From the IMG/VR virus record IMGVR_UViG_3300048586_000159, positions 1 to 51,992 of that record: a DNA stretch of 51,992 nucleotides; one strand, written 5' to 3'. The notes under the pieces were generated by a model. That model made no database searches. It worked only from the letters and a program-made list of their open reading frames with translations, and was not told the DNA's origin. The DNA comes from a virus. Lineage: Duplodnaviria; Caudoviricetes. Shown in pieces: positions 8,582 through 17,896 of the stretch (within the stretch, counting starts at the first letter, position 1; every line of letters begins with the position of its first letter). The position numbers were made by a program, and so were the translations under genes.

Positions 8582-9103
8582 TCACGCTAGTAGCAATCGG
8601 CGCACCGGCCATACCTGATATGCATTGGTCTTTCCGACATTGCCGCTCTCGTCGATGTCCAGCCTCTGGAAATAGGCATTGGTGGAGCTAACCTGTTCCG
8701 AAGTCCAGAAACGCTGCAGACCGGAGGGCGATCCAGGACTGCCAGCAATGTATCCGTCGTAAACAAGCTCTGCCTCCACCCTGGACGGCATAAACCAGTC
8801 GGTGAAACCCTCGGCGCTTAGCCCCCGAACGTATTCTGCCGCTGGATGACTGCTATTGTTCATCGCCTCGGTATTCGCAAAGCCATTACTCGAAGAAATG
8901 CCACTGGTTGATGTGCCGCTCGTCTTCCATGCCTTTTTCGTCACATAAGCCAGCGGTGACATGAACAAGGCATAAGTTTCAGCGCCGAGAGAGAAAGTGC
9001 CCGCGAAATATCCGCCTTGAGATCCGACATAAGTGCCGACCGGTGTCGATGGATCAAACTTACTTTCGCGACCAAGCAGCATGGATCCTGAAACTATCGA
9101 CAT
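8582..9103 (-). CDS. DUF1566/Lcl-like C-type-lectin-fold protein, putative adhesin
   Basis: GGYFAG, NGFANT, GFTDWFMPSRVEAE, FWTS and terminal VWPVRR motifs. Confidence 0.7.
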   Translation of the reverse strand: MSIVSGSMLLGRESKFDPSTPVGTYVGSQGGYFAGTFSLGAETYALFMSPLAYVTKKAWKTSGTSTSGISSSNGFANTEAMNNSSHPAAEYVRGLSAEGFTDWFMPSRVEAELVYDGYIAGSPGSPSGLQRFWTSEQVSSTNAYFQRLDIDESGNVGKTNAYQVWPVRRLLLA

Positions 9104-10119
9104 CAGACCCCCACTGACGAAAGCGCGAAATCAATTTCGGTGGCTGACCTCACATCGAAATCGATCCTGAACAAGGCGTTGGCGCCTGCCGGAACAGAGG
9201 GCGCAACAGCCGCCCCGATTGGCTTCCAGGCCGAACCAAAGGCAAGAGTTCTACCGCCCGTCGCATCTTGCTTGCAGAGCAGCTTACCCGTGAAGCCGAC
9301 CATGCTCGCTATGTCAGATGGATTGGCGAGCGTGGCGTTATGCCCGAGCGTCAGGGTTGCGCGGTTCCCTTCCCAGTTGCCAAGGGTCGGCGTGATCGTC
9401 GTACCGCTCGTCAGCACTGTTCCGGTTCCGGAAAGCTGCGCTCCGGTCCAGCTTTGATCAGCATTCAGCTTTGCCGTCGCCGCATCATAGGCCTGAACAT
9501 TTGTCCCGATCACCAGGCCAAGCAGGACCCGCATCGCAGCATAATCAGCAGCATTGACCAGCGATCGACCGTTGGCCGTGAAGCCAGAAATATCGGTAGT
9601 GGCGATGGCAAGCGCCGTTTTCAGTGCGGCTGCTGTAATCGTGCCGGTCAGTCCCGCCACAGCCAGCACGACGTCGGTCGGCGTGCGCAGCTCTTTCCAG
9701 TTGCCGAGCGTGGATGCCGGCGACGCCGCAAGCACGAAAGTCTTGTTCAAATCCGTCCGGATCGCGATATCGCCGGGCTGCGCAGTCAGCGCCAGCATGG
9801 CCGACTGGCTGGCCACCTCGAACGCCTCGGTCAATGCCAGGGCCGGGATCACAGACGTATCGAGCTTGCCGCCGCCATCGAGAACCGGGATGTTGCCGGC
9901 AGCCGTCCCTTTGATAAGGTCAAGGAAGGTTGCGACCTGAGACGCCGTCAATTCCTCGACAGCGCCGGCACCTGAAGACACCCGACCGAGCAGCCGCGCC
10001 GTCGCCATGGTCAGGTCATGGTCGTCATTCCAGTCGCTCGGCAGGATTTCGCCGGCAGCAGCCGCCGCCGGATCGTCCGGAATGCTGGAAACCTTCTGAT
10101 GCTTGAACGCGATCGCCAT
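9103..10119 (-). CDS. Tail fibre-like protein A
   Basis: PSDWNDDH N-terminus, LDGGGKL and AQPGDIAIRTD segments, C-terminal QDATGGRT domain. Confidence 0.75.
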   Translation of the reverse strand: MAIAFKHQKVSSIPDDPAAAAAGEILPSDWNDDHDLTMATARLLGRVSSGAGAVEELTASQVATFLDLIKGTAAGNIPVLDGGGKLDTSVIPALALTEAFEVASQSAMLALTAQPGDIAIRTDLNKTFVLAASPASTLGNWKELRTPTDVVLAVAGLTGTITAAALKTALAIATTDISGFTANGRSLVNAADYAAMRVLLGLVIGTNVQAYDAATAKLNADQSWTGAQLSGTGTVLTSGTTITPTLGNWEGNRATLTLGHNATLANPSDIASMVGFTGKLLCKQDATGGRTLAFGSAWKPIGAAVAPSVPAGANALFRIDFDVRSATEIDFALSSVGV

Positions 10120-10130
10120 GGGATGTCACC

Positions 10131-10520
10131 TCAGCTCGGATCAGGCGCGTGCTGGAAGGTCGCGCTGTCGATCACGACAGGCTGCCCGTTCGAAATCGAC
10201 GTGTTGATCAGTTCGAGATCAGCCCCTGAGTCCGGCAGGCCGACCGTCAGCCCGGAGATCCGCACCGTGCCGCCGCTGTCCTTGATCCGTGCCTTGGTCG
10301 CGGTCGTGCCGGAGCCTGACGCGACAAGTCCATTCACCGTGTCGCTATCGAACACAAGCGTCCAGACATCAGCGGATACGGTCCCGCCATCCGCGGAAAG
10401 CCCAAAGATGGCAAGCACGACGTTCGACGCTGACTGCAGTTCCAAGGTGCCATTGGCAACAGCATCGCGCGTGGCGGTCATGCGAGCGGTTTTCACCGTC
10501 GCGTCGTAGATGACAGGCAT
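10131..10520 (-). CDS. Virion structural protein (hypothetical)
   Basis: Follows the tape measure gene; beta-rich, SGTTATKARIKDSGG motif. Confidence 0.65.
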   Translation of the reverse strand: MPVIYDATVKTARMTATRDAVANGTLELQSASNVVLAIFGLSADGGTVSADVWTLVFDSDTVNGLVASGSGTTATKARIKDSGGTVRISGLTVGLPDSGADLELINTSISNGQPVVIDSATFQHAPDPS

Positions 10521-10535
10521 GTCTAATTTCTCCGA

Positions 10536-13500
10536 TTACCGGGCATTGGCCCGCTTCAACTCACCGCCGACGTCGGCAAGGTTGGCATTGGTCTTTTTCT
10601 GCTCTTCGATCTGCTGAGAGCCGGCCATCGCGACGGTCTGCTTGAGGCTGCGCAATTCGGCACGCATCTCGGCATTGTCCTGACGAAGCCCTTTCACCTC
10701 GGCGAGCAGGTCGCTGTTCCCATTCGCAGGCTGGAGCATCGCCCGCGTCTGGCTGGCACTCCAGATCCGAGACGGGCCCGTTGCCTCAAGCTCTGGCCCA
10801 CGCTCACCAACAATACGGAGACCGCCGCTGTGAAGCCCGCCATTGGCGAAAGCACCAACAGACTTGGCATAGGCGAGATCTGCCTCGATCTGCTCCATCG
10901 ATTTGCCCGTAGACCGCCAATATTGAGCGGATGCGGTATCGACACCACGACCGAATATCTTCCGGTAAAGCGGATCCAGCTCCATCGTGTATTTCTGGAG
11001 CTTGAAGTCTTCCTCGATCGCAGACACCGGCTTGCCACTCTTCACAAGAGCCTGGACGCTTGCCTGCGTCGGAGTGATGCCGAGGATCTGCTTATATGCC
11101 GAGACGATCTGAGCTTCCCGGCTGTTACCAATGCCAGCAATCACATTGTCGAGGCTTACACCGCTGTTCAGCTGCGACTGCCAATAGGCCATGCCGGCAG
11201 CTTCAGGATCGCGACCGAGCGAGTTCTGATATGCTGCCGTGATGCTCTCCCGACCATTTGCCGCCATCGCTGCCAGCTGGACGCGCAGGGCCTCCATCGT
11301 CGTGCCGTTGATTGCGTTGTACTGATCGAGCGCATCCTTCACCGACAGAACGCTATCGTTGACGGAAATGATGCCATCAACTGAGGCGTTCAGCGCCTTC
11401 AACTGCTGTTCGGCAGTGTTCATGTTCTCCTGGCTGAGCCCCTGGGTTTTCTCAAGTGTGCGGTCTACCTCTTTCCAGATTTCGAAGTAGGCTTCCGAGG
11501 ACGCATAGTAGGATCGGGCCTCATCGAGATAAGCCTGGCTGATCTGTGTCAGCTGGCCCATAGCCTCTTCGTCGCCGGCACCAGCCTTCGCAGCGAGATC
11601 GCGAAACTGCTTTGCAGCCTCGTCCAGACGCTCCTTCGGACCCAATGGCGACGTGTCGTTGATCTTCATCGCCTCGCGGAACTGCTTGATCGAGGTGATG
11701 AAGTTCTTCGTCCGGTCAATCACCTCATTGATCGCCGCAGCTTCCTTATCGTAAGCCGCCTGCAGCTGCGAGGTCGCCTCAGTTAAAGTGAGAGCATCTG
11801 CGGCGATCCCATTGAACATGAAACGAAGTTCAGGGAATGCATCCGAGAGAAGGGCAAGCTCCTCCTTGCTCAAGTTTGCGGTGCTGGCGATATCCTTGAT
11901 GCTGAGAGACAGCTCTCGCAGCGCCAGTGACCCATCCATACCGAGAGCAGACGCATCACGCAGGCGCTCTTGATAGACAGCCTGGGCGTCTGCAATCTCA
12001 TTCAGATAACCGAAGTCCGAGAGGTCATTGATCGAGGAATTCAGCGTCTTGCTGAATGTGTCACGCAGCTTCGCCATCGCAACGCCGAGCGCACCATCAA
12101 TCGCATCAGCGGCCATCTTCGCGGACATACCCAACTCTTCAAGAGTTTGCTGAAGGGTCGCCGATAGCCCGTCAAGCCGGAGCATTTCCTCCTGCATGGC
12201 CGAAAGCTTCTCAGTCCCAGATACGGTTGCCAAGGCCATCTTCTGAGCCGCACGCTCGGCCTCTGCAACGCGCTCTGCAAGCATCTGCGGCGTCAAGGCG
12301 CGGTTGTGCTTCAGCTGAAGGTCGCCGAAGTCCTGGACGTCCGCGATGAAGTCCTTCAGCTCCTGGCGCAGTTCCTCCATCTCGCGCTTGCCCTGCACGA
12401 ATGCACTGTCAGACCCAAAGCCGGCGCTGTAAGCCTCCAGCATGCCGGGCAGTACAGCGATGAAATCGCGCTCCACGATCAGGAAGAACTTATTGAAGTT
12501 GTCCTGCAGCTTCCTGATCAGATCGTTATCGTCAGCCTTCTTTGCCAGGTCGGACAGCTTGTGGGTTTCATCTTGGAACTCATAAACGCTGCGAGTTACA
12601 TCGCCATAGCCTCTACCCTCGCCGATCGCGAACATCTGGTTGATCGCGGCTTGGTTCTCTGCAAGCGTCTGCTTCGCCGCATCTCGGGCCTTCTGCTCTT
12701 CCTTCTTCTTCTGCTTGTTGCCGAAAATCCCTCCGATAACCCCGGCGATGCCGCCGATGACAGCGCCAATGGGACCACCTGCCATAAATCCAGAGATGGC
12801 TCCCCCGATCCCGCCCATAATAGGGCTCTGCGTCTGCTGACCGATCCCGAAACCGCCAAGAGCGGCGCCAATCCCTTGCTGCAGCGTTCCAGTCGACATG
12901 CCGGCCTGAGGCGCAGCGGGGCTGGCTGGAGGCGCGCTCAGGTTCGCAGTGGCAGCTTTCTTAAGGCCTTCCGAGACGCCTACCTCGGCTCCGACAGAAA
13001 CATCGGTCTTGATGTTGCCGAGCGCATTGGTGGCCTTTTGGACATACTGCTCGGTAGTGTTGAACCCATCGCTCCGGTTCCTTGCAACCGACAGAGGCTG
13101 ACCGGAAAACCAGACAGACGCTGCATCCGAAAAGTTGCCGAACTTGTCCAGCGACTTGCCGAACTGTTGATAGAACACGCGGTCCTGAAGGCCCTTGTCC
13201 TGAAGGAAGTCCTTCACCGACACAGACTGTCCAAGCAGTTCCTTCGTCCACGATGGGATGTTGTTGCCCATGACCTGATAAGCGCCGTATGCACGGTCGC
13301 CGCTCTTGGTTACCGGCCCCATCGCACCGTAGTTACCTTGATAGGAACCACTCTCGATTTTGCGAATAGCAGCAGCATAGTTGCCGATGGAAGACGCAAC
13401 CGTCCCTGTCGTTTTGGTGACCGCTCCTCCGACCTTTTCCATCGCCTGGACAAGCGGCTCTGCAGGGATCTTCGCCGCAGCCGTATCGATCGCCTTGTTC

Positions 13501-15923
13501 TGCTGTTGGGTCATTTTCCGGCTGGTGAAGATATCGCCGACGAAGTCGCCGATCTGGTCGAGGAAGCCAGAGCCGCCCGTAGATTTCCCGATGCCGCCGG
13601 ACAGAAGACCTTCGAACGCCTTCTGGATATTGGCCTCACCAATCTTTGCGAACCCGTTGAGCAGACGGTTGAAGAAGTCATCGGCGCCCTTTATCGGGCT
13701 GGAAAAAAGGCCAGCGAAAATTCCCGCGAGTTCCGTCGCAAGCTTCTTCTGCTCCTCAAGCTGCTCATTAATTCGGATGCCGTCAGCAATGCGCTGCCCC
13801 TCAGACGAGTTTATGTCGAGACCCAGGCGGCGGATGGTCGAGTAGACTTCCTGCTCTTCCCTGGTGCGGCCCATCTGTTCGCGCTCGAACAAGATGTCAT
13901 CCATGGCGCGAGCAGCGGCGATCTGCTCAGCGTAGCGGCCCATCTCCTCCGACTTCTGACGGATGGCGTCAATCTCCTGTTGATCAATGTCACGACCGGT
14001 GCGGGCTGACTCCTCGCGCAGCTTGGCCAGCTCAGCGTATTCGAACTGAAGCTTCGCTACTTCGCCAGCGGTCTTGCCGATAAGCTCCATCTCTTCCTGG
14101 GCGCCGCGGATAGCTTCCTCACGCTCGCGCGCCCGATCGATCGCGGATTCCCTCGCCTGCTGGTCGAGCCGCTCGCGCTCCTGCCGTTCCGCAACAGCAA
14201 TCTCGCGGCGGCGCTCTTCCCCCTCAACAGGGTTCCGGGCGCGCGCTACATCGCCAGCGGCGGCAATGCGCTCCTGATCCGTGAGAGCCTGAACCTGCTT
14301 GGTCTGCGCATCAAGAATGCGGTTCTCCAGTTCCCACTGGCGTTCGCGCTCCTGATAGTAGGACTGGCCGGTATCGTTGCGCTCCGAGGCCAGGCGGTCG
14401 CGAACCTGCTCAGTCGCGCGGAAGCGCGCGCGCTCCATTTCCTTGAGTGCCTCGGTGACCTTGTTGATGTTCTGGCCGAGGACGATTGCCTCGTCGGCGA
14501 TCTTCTGCAGGCTGGGATCCTGTGCCCCGATGCGGGAGACCTCGCGATTAAACTCGACAACGCCATTCTTGCCTTCGGAAAATTCCAGCATCAGCTTGTT
14601 GATCGCGTCGCTGAAGGGCGCAAATTTCCCGCTGACGGTGGTGGCAGATTCACCGATCGCCAGCACGGCGTCGGCCGTGGCACGCAACTCCGTCGGGTTC
14701 TCGCTCGTGTTGAGCAGAGTGGAGAAGATCGTCTCGACGTTTTGCCGGAAGCTATCGAGGTCGCCGTCGCCCCGGCGCACGCTCTCCAGGAAGGAATCCA
14801 CCGCGGCCTTGAACTTGATCTGGTCGCCGGTGAGATTGCGCAGCATGTCGAGGCTCGCACCGGTCCCGCCGAGCATATTGCTCAGCCAGCCGTCGCCCGA
14901 AAGGCTCTGCGCCATAACCTGCTGCTGCATCTTCAGGACGTTGCGGAGCGTCTCGGCATCGTTCCGGATCGAGGCGAAAGAGAATGCTTCTCCCCCGGCA
15001 CTGGCCAGGTTCTCGGCCGCCGCGGCTGCTTCGCCATAGAGTTTCGTTAGGTGCCCGACCGTCTTGGTGTGGTTCTCCAGAGCGTCGTCGAGCTTGTCCG
15101 CATCGTCCTTGGCCGAGAAGAGCCACTGCAGTGCAGCCGCACCCACGGCAATGAGCGCGATGGTGAGGAGCGACGTCATGCTGAGGAGCGAACCGAAGCC
15201 GCCAATCAGGCCAGCCAGCGGCCGATCCATGCTGTTCAGCACGGAAGCAAGCTGCGTGCCCTGCTGGAGCGCAATCTGCAACGGGTTCATGCCCATGGCG
15301 GCGGTGACGCCGATGTCCTGGAACTGCGCGGCGATATTCGCGGTCTCGAAGCCCCGGGCGCCGGCTACGCTGCGTTCGGCGGCGGCAACCTGGCGTAGGG
15401 AGGTAGCGCGACCCTTGAGCGAGGCAATGGACGCAAGGGTGGCCTGCCGCTCTCGGCGGATCGCTGCCGTCATCTCGCTTGCGCTGATTGCGCCGACAGA
15501 GTGCGCCTCACGGATTTCCGCCTGCGCCGTCTTGTACTGCTGGATGGTCGCGAACAGCGGGTTGAACTTCCCGCGCAGCCGGTCAAGCTCGGCGCCGTAG
15601 GCAGCGATGTCCTGTCCACGGCCGAATGAGGAGGAGAGCCGGCGCTCTGCTTCGGTCAGCTTGTTGATCGCGGCGACATGCCGATTGATGGCGCCCACAG
15701 CATTATCGTTGGCATGCACCGTGCCGTTGATCGCGGCTTCCATCTGCTTCGTGGCAGAGGATACCGCGGCCATCTTCTTCCCGGCGCGGTCAGCGGCATT
15801 GCCCGTTTCATTGACGGCGCGCTCTACCTTGACCGCAGACGCGGTAAGACGGTCGAGATCAGAGGCGGCTTGCGCAGCTGGGCTGCTGTCGATCGCCAGA
15901 CCGAGCGTTGCGAGATCCGTCAT
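10536..15923 (-). CDS. Tape measure protein with lysozyme-like (SLT) domain and C-terminal DUF4214-like repeats
   Basis: Start MTDLATLGLAIDS. Lambda-type NIAAQFQDIGV..AMGMNPLQIALQQGTQL motif, AIRKIESGSY..GAYQVM, and YQNSLGRDPEAAGMAYW. Confidence 0.92.
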   Translation of the reverse strand: MTDLATLGLAIDSSPAAQAASDLDRLTASAVKVERAVNETGNAADRAGKKMAAVSSATKQMEAAINGTVHANDNAVGAINRHVAAINKLTEAERRLSSSFGRGQDIAAYGAELDRLRGKFNPLFATIQQYKTAQAEIREAHSVGAISASEMTAAIRRERQATLASIASLKGRATSLRQVAAAERSVAGARGFETANIAAQFQDIGVTAAMGMNPLQIALQQGTQLASVLNSMDRPLAGLIGGFGSLLSMTSLLTIALIAVGAAALQWLFSAKDDADKLDDALENHTKTVGHLTKLYGEAAAAAENLASAGGEAFSFASIRNDAETLRNVLKMQQQVMAQSLSGDGWLSNMLGGTGASLDMLRNLTGDQIKFKAAVDSFLESVRRGDGDLDSFRQNVETIFSTLLNTSENPTELRATADAVLAIGESATTVSGKFAPFSDAINKLMLEFSEGKNGVVEFNREVSRIGAQDPSLQKIADEAIVLGQNINKVTEALKEMERARFRATEQVRDRLASERNDTGQSYYQERERQWELENRILDAQTKQVQALTDQERIAAAGDVARARNPVEGEERRREIAVAERQERERLDQQARESAIDRAREREEAIRGAQEEMELIGKTAGEVAKLQFEYAELAKLREESARTGRDIDQQEIDAIRQKSEEMGRYAEQIAAARAMDDILFEREQMGRTREEQEVYSTIRRLGLDINSSEGQRIADGIRINEQLEEQKKLATELAGIFAGLFSSPIKGADDFFNRLLNGFAKIGEANIQKAFEGLLSGGIGKSTGGSGFLDQIGDFVGDIFTSRKMTQQQNKAIDTAAAKIPAEPLVQAMEKVGGAVTKTTGTVASSIGNYAAAIRKIESGSYQGNYGAMGPVTKSGDRAYGAYQVMGNNIPSWTKELLGQSVSVKDFLQDKGLQDRVFYQQFGKSLDKFGNFSDAASVWFSGQPLSVARNRSDGFNTTEQYVQKATNALGNIKTDVSVGAEVGVSEGLKKAATANLSAPPASPAAPQAGMSTGTLQQGIGAALGGFGIGQQTQSPIMGGIGGAISGFMAGGPIGAVIGGIAGVIGGIFGNKQKKKEEQKARDAAKQTLAENQAAINQMFAIGEGRGYGDVTRSVYEFQDETHKLSDLAKKADDNDLIRKLQDNFNKFFLIVERDFIAVLPGMLEAYSAGFGSDSAFVQGKREMEELRQELKDFIADVQDFGDLQLKHNRALTPQMLAERVAEAERAAQKMALATVSGTEKLSAMQEEMLRLDGLSATLQQTLEELGMSAKMAADAIDGALGVAMAKLRDTFSKTLNSSINDLSDFGYLNEIADAQAVYQERLRDASALGMDGSLALRELSLSIKDIASTANLSKEELALLSDAFPELRFMFNGIAADALTLTEATSQLQAAYDKEAAAINEVIDRTKNFITSIKQFREAMKINDTSPLGPKERLDEAAKQFRDLAAKAGAGDEEAMGQLTQISQAYLDEARSYYASSEAYFEIWKEVDRTLEKTQGLSQENMNTAEQQLKALNASVDGIISVNDSVLSVKDALDQYNAINGTTMEALRVQLAAMAANGRESITAAYQNSLGRDPEAAGMAYWQSQLNSGVSLDNVIAGIGNSREAQIVSAYKQILGITPTQASVQALVKSGKPVSAIEEDFKLQKYTMELDPLYRKIFGRGVDTASAQYWRSTGKSMEQIEADLAYAKSVGAFANGGLHSGGLRIVGERGPELEATGPSRIWSASQTRAMLQPANGNSDLLAEVKGLRQDNAEMRAELRSLKQTVAMAGSQQIEEQKKTNANLADVGGELKRANAR

Positions 15924-15985
15924 GGGTGGCTTTACCTTTTGAGGCGGCGTGGGATATCGTCGCGACCGATCAGATGGAGGACACG

Positions 15986-16294
15986 ATGAAAAAGATGGTT
16001 GCTGGTGCGCTGGCGCTTGGAATGCTTGCCGGATGCACAACAACAAGCCCTGAAGCCGAAGCGGTGCAGGTAGTCGGCAGCCCTCAGGCAGTGGCCGGAT
16101 GCCAATTCATCAAGAGCGTTCGTGGCGATCAGAACATGATGGGTGGCTATATGCTGCAGGGAGCCGCCTACCATGACGCCATGAACCAGTTGAAGCGCCG
16201 GACGGTCGAAGCCGGCGGCAACCGCGTCTACATGGTCAATTCGAACACGGGAATGGCTGGTTCGAATGTGATCGGTGACGCCTACAAGTGCTGA
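15986..16294 (+). CDS. Small lipoprotein (DUF4156-like), moron on the opposite strand
   Basis: Lipobox MLAGC; GCQFI..V, A...GGN.V and GDAYKC motifs; GGAGG RBS. Confidence 0.75.
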   Translation: MKKMVAGALALGMLAGCTTTSPEAEAVQVVGSPQAVAGCQFIKSVRGDQNMMGGYMLQGAAYHDAMNQLKRRTVEAGGNRVYMVNSNTGMAGSNVIGDAYKC

Positions 16295-16303
16295 GGAAGG
16301 CGA

Positions 16304-16717
16304 TCAACCCGCCTTCTTCTTCGGCGCTTTCGCAGCCAACCCCTTCAGGAGACCGGACACCCCGGCTCCATCCTTGGCACTGACCAGCACATCCGGATCT
16401 CGCTCTTTCGCCCCCTTGCCGCCCTTAGGCCGCTTGGTGCTCAAAGCAATGTCATCCAACCTTCGGATGGCCCTTGCCTCCCACGGCGCAATCTCAGCCC
16501 CTGTCAGCCGGGCGTAGGCTTCGATCTCCTGGTAGCTGATGGGATTGGCTTGCATTCCCACCTGTCGCGTCCGGTCGAGGTCCATGAACCAGTTCCAGAC
16601 GTCGACGGCTTCCGGGGGAACATCTAGATCGATGGTTGCCCTCTTTGGGCCGAAGGCGACCCCCGCATAAGCGCAGAGGTCGTCCACGATGTCCTCGATC
16701 AGTCCTTCAGAAAATTT
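16304..16717 (-). CDS. Tail assembly chaperone, GT frame (reached by -1 frameshift)
   Basis: WNWFMDLDRTR...PISYQEIEAY...PWEARAIRRLD. The frame is open back to the slippery site. Confidence 0.8.
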   Translation of the reverse strand, partial: KFSEGLIEDIVDDLCAYAGVAFGPKRATIDLDVPPEAVDVWNWFMDLDRTRQVGMQANPISYQEIEAYARLTGAEIAPWEARAIRRLDDIALSTKRPKGGKGAKERDPDVLVSAKDGAGVSGLLKGLAAKAPKKKAG

Positions 16718-17100
16718 GCGCGGTCACCCACGAATGCGTCCACCTGCTCCTTCATCCAGGGAAGGCGCTGATAGACAATCACTGCGTTCGCGGCGTTGCA
16801 GTCCAGATCCTGACCATCGAGCTTGATGCCCGACCAGGACAGGGTGCAGAAGGCGAGCAGCTGGAGGCCCTGCTCTTCCAGTTCCTCGGCGGTCATGGTC
16901 TGGCGACGGCCACCCTTGAGCCGCTTGTTCATTTCCACGCGCTGGCGCTTCTTCACCTTTTCCGAGTCTTGCCCGATCAGCGTGATCGTGATCGGCTTGC
17001 CGGCATCATCCTTCAGGACGGTGCCTTCCACGGGGTGAAGCACTTCCATAACCGCGCCTTCGTTGGCGGCCTTGGTAATATCGAGAGTTGCGAGATCCAT
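16699..17100 (-). CDS. Tail assembly chaperone G
   Basis: Lies between tail tube and tape measure genes; ends DRANFLKD. Confidence 0.85.
   Translation of the reverse strand: MDLATLDITKAANEGAVMEVLHPVEGTVLKDDAGKPITITLIGQDSEKVKKRQRVEMNKRLKGGRRQTMTAEELEEQGLQLLAFCTLSWSGIKLDGQDLDCNAANAVIVYQRLPWMKEQVDAFVGDRANFLKD
16711..16717 (-). other. -1 ribosomal frameshift heptamer A AAT TTT
   Basis: X XXY YYZ in the correct frame. A -1 slip gives SEGLIEDIVDDLCAY, continuous with the GT ORF. Confidence 0.8.
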
Positions 17101-17208
17101 TGTCGTTTCCTTTGTCGGTAGGTCGCGGCGGGGAAAGCCGACAATCCTCCCCCGCCGCTAGGCCATGGCTGTTCGTTCCGGTTGTCGGGCCGGATATCAA
17201 CGGCGAGG

Positions 17209-17796
17209 CTAGTCCAGCCAAGCCCAGCATTCTCTTCGTTGCGTTCGAGTGATCGTGGAATGGGAAACACCAAAACGCTCCGCCATCTGACGGGTACTAA
17301 GGCTCTGCGAAGACCTGCGGATTTCCCGCACGTCATCTTCAGTAAGTTTGGAGTGCTTCAACGCCGTGCCGCGCAGGAGCGTACCGTGCTCCACTTTGTC
17401 GGCGTGGTTTTCAATCGTGGTCGCCCATCGCAAGTGCTTTGGGTTCACACATCCTTCGTCGCCTTTCCCACAGGAATGCGCTGCTTCGTGCTTGGGCGAC
17501 GGCGCTGGACCGTGAGCCATCTCGCACATCATTCTGGCTGCTGTAGTGGACTGACCATTGGGCTTCTTTAACGCCCCGTAGCCGCTGACCGTTCTACCAA
17601 ACGGCCATTGAAGGCAACCATCGCCATGGTAAGAAACGTTTTCCTCAAGCCACTTTACCAAAGTGCCATTGGCTGGCTTGTGCACAATGTTGCAGTCTCC
17701 GTATCGCTGCCAGCGACGGTAGTGCATCCCGCACCATCCGCGCTTTTCAGCGGGCTTGCAGCAATTGTGAATCGAGCATAGACGGGCATTAGCCAT
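17209..17796 (-). CDS. HNH endonuclease (Zn-binding N-terminus, C-terminal HTH)
   Basis: CSIHNC...WCGMHY, CLQWPF and AAHSCG...CVNPKHLRWAT..EN motifs. Confidence 0.88.
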   Translation of the reverse strand: MANARLCSIHNCCKPAEKRGWCGMHYRRWQRYGDCNIVHKPANGTLVKWLEENVSYHGDGCLQWPFGRTVSGYGALKKPNGQSTTAARMMCEMAHGPAPSPKHEAAHSCGKGDEGCVNPKHLRWATTIENHADKVEHGTLLRGTALKHSKLTEDDVREIRRSSQSLSTRQMAERFGVSHSTITRTQRRECWAWLD

Positions 17797-17870
17797 TTCG
17801 ACCTCCACAACAGGTTGGCTTGGTTAGAGCCCGTCGAGAGGTGAGATGCTCGACGGGCTTGCTTTTTATA
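17791..17870 (+). ncRNA. Putative SymR-like cis-antisense RNA, copy 1
   Basis: AGCCAT..ACCTCC..CAGGTTGGCTTGGTTAG, then a GC hairpin and T-tract. Upstream CTTGCA-N17-ATAGAC at 17755-17783. Confidence 0.6.
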
Positions 17871-17896
17871 CCTGATGGGTGGAAGTAGAGGAAGCC

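Noticed and set aside
8582-9103. Diversity-generating retroelement around the DUF1566-like gene
   Set aside because: No reverse transcriptase and no second copy of the 3' region were seen in the window.
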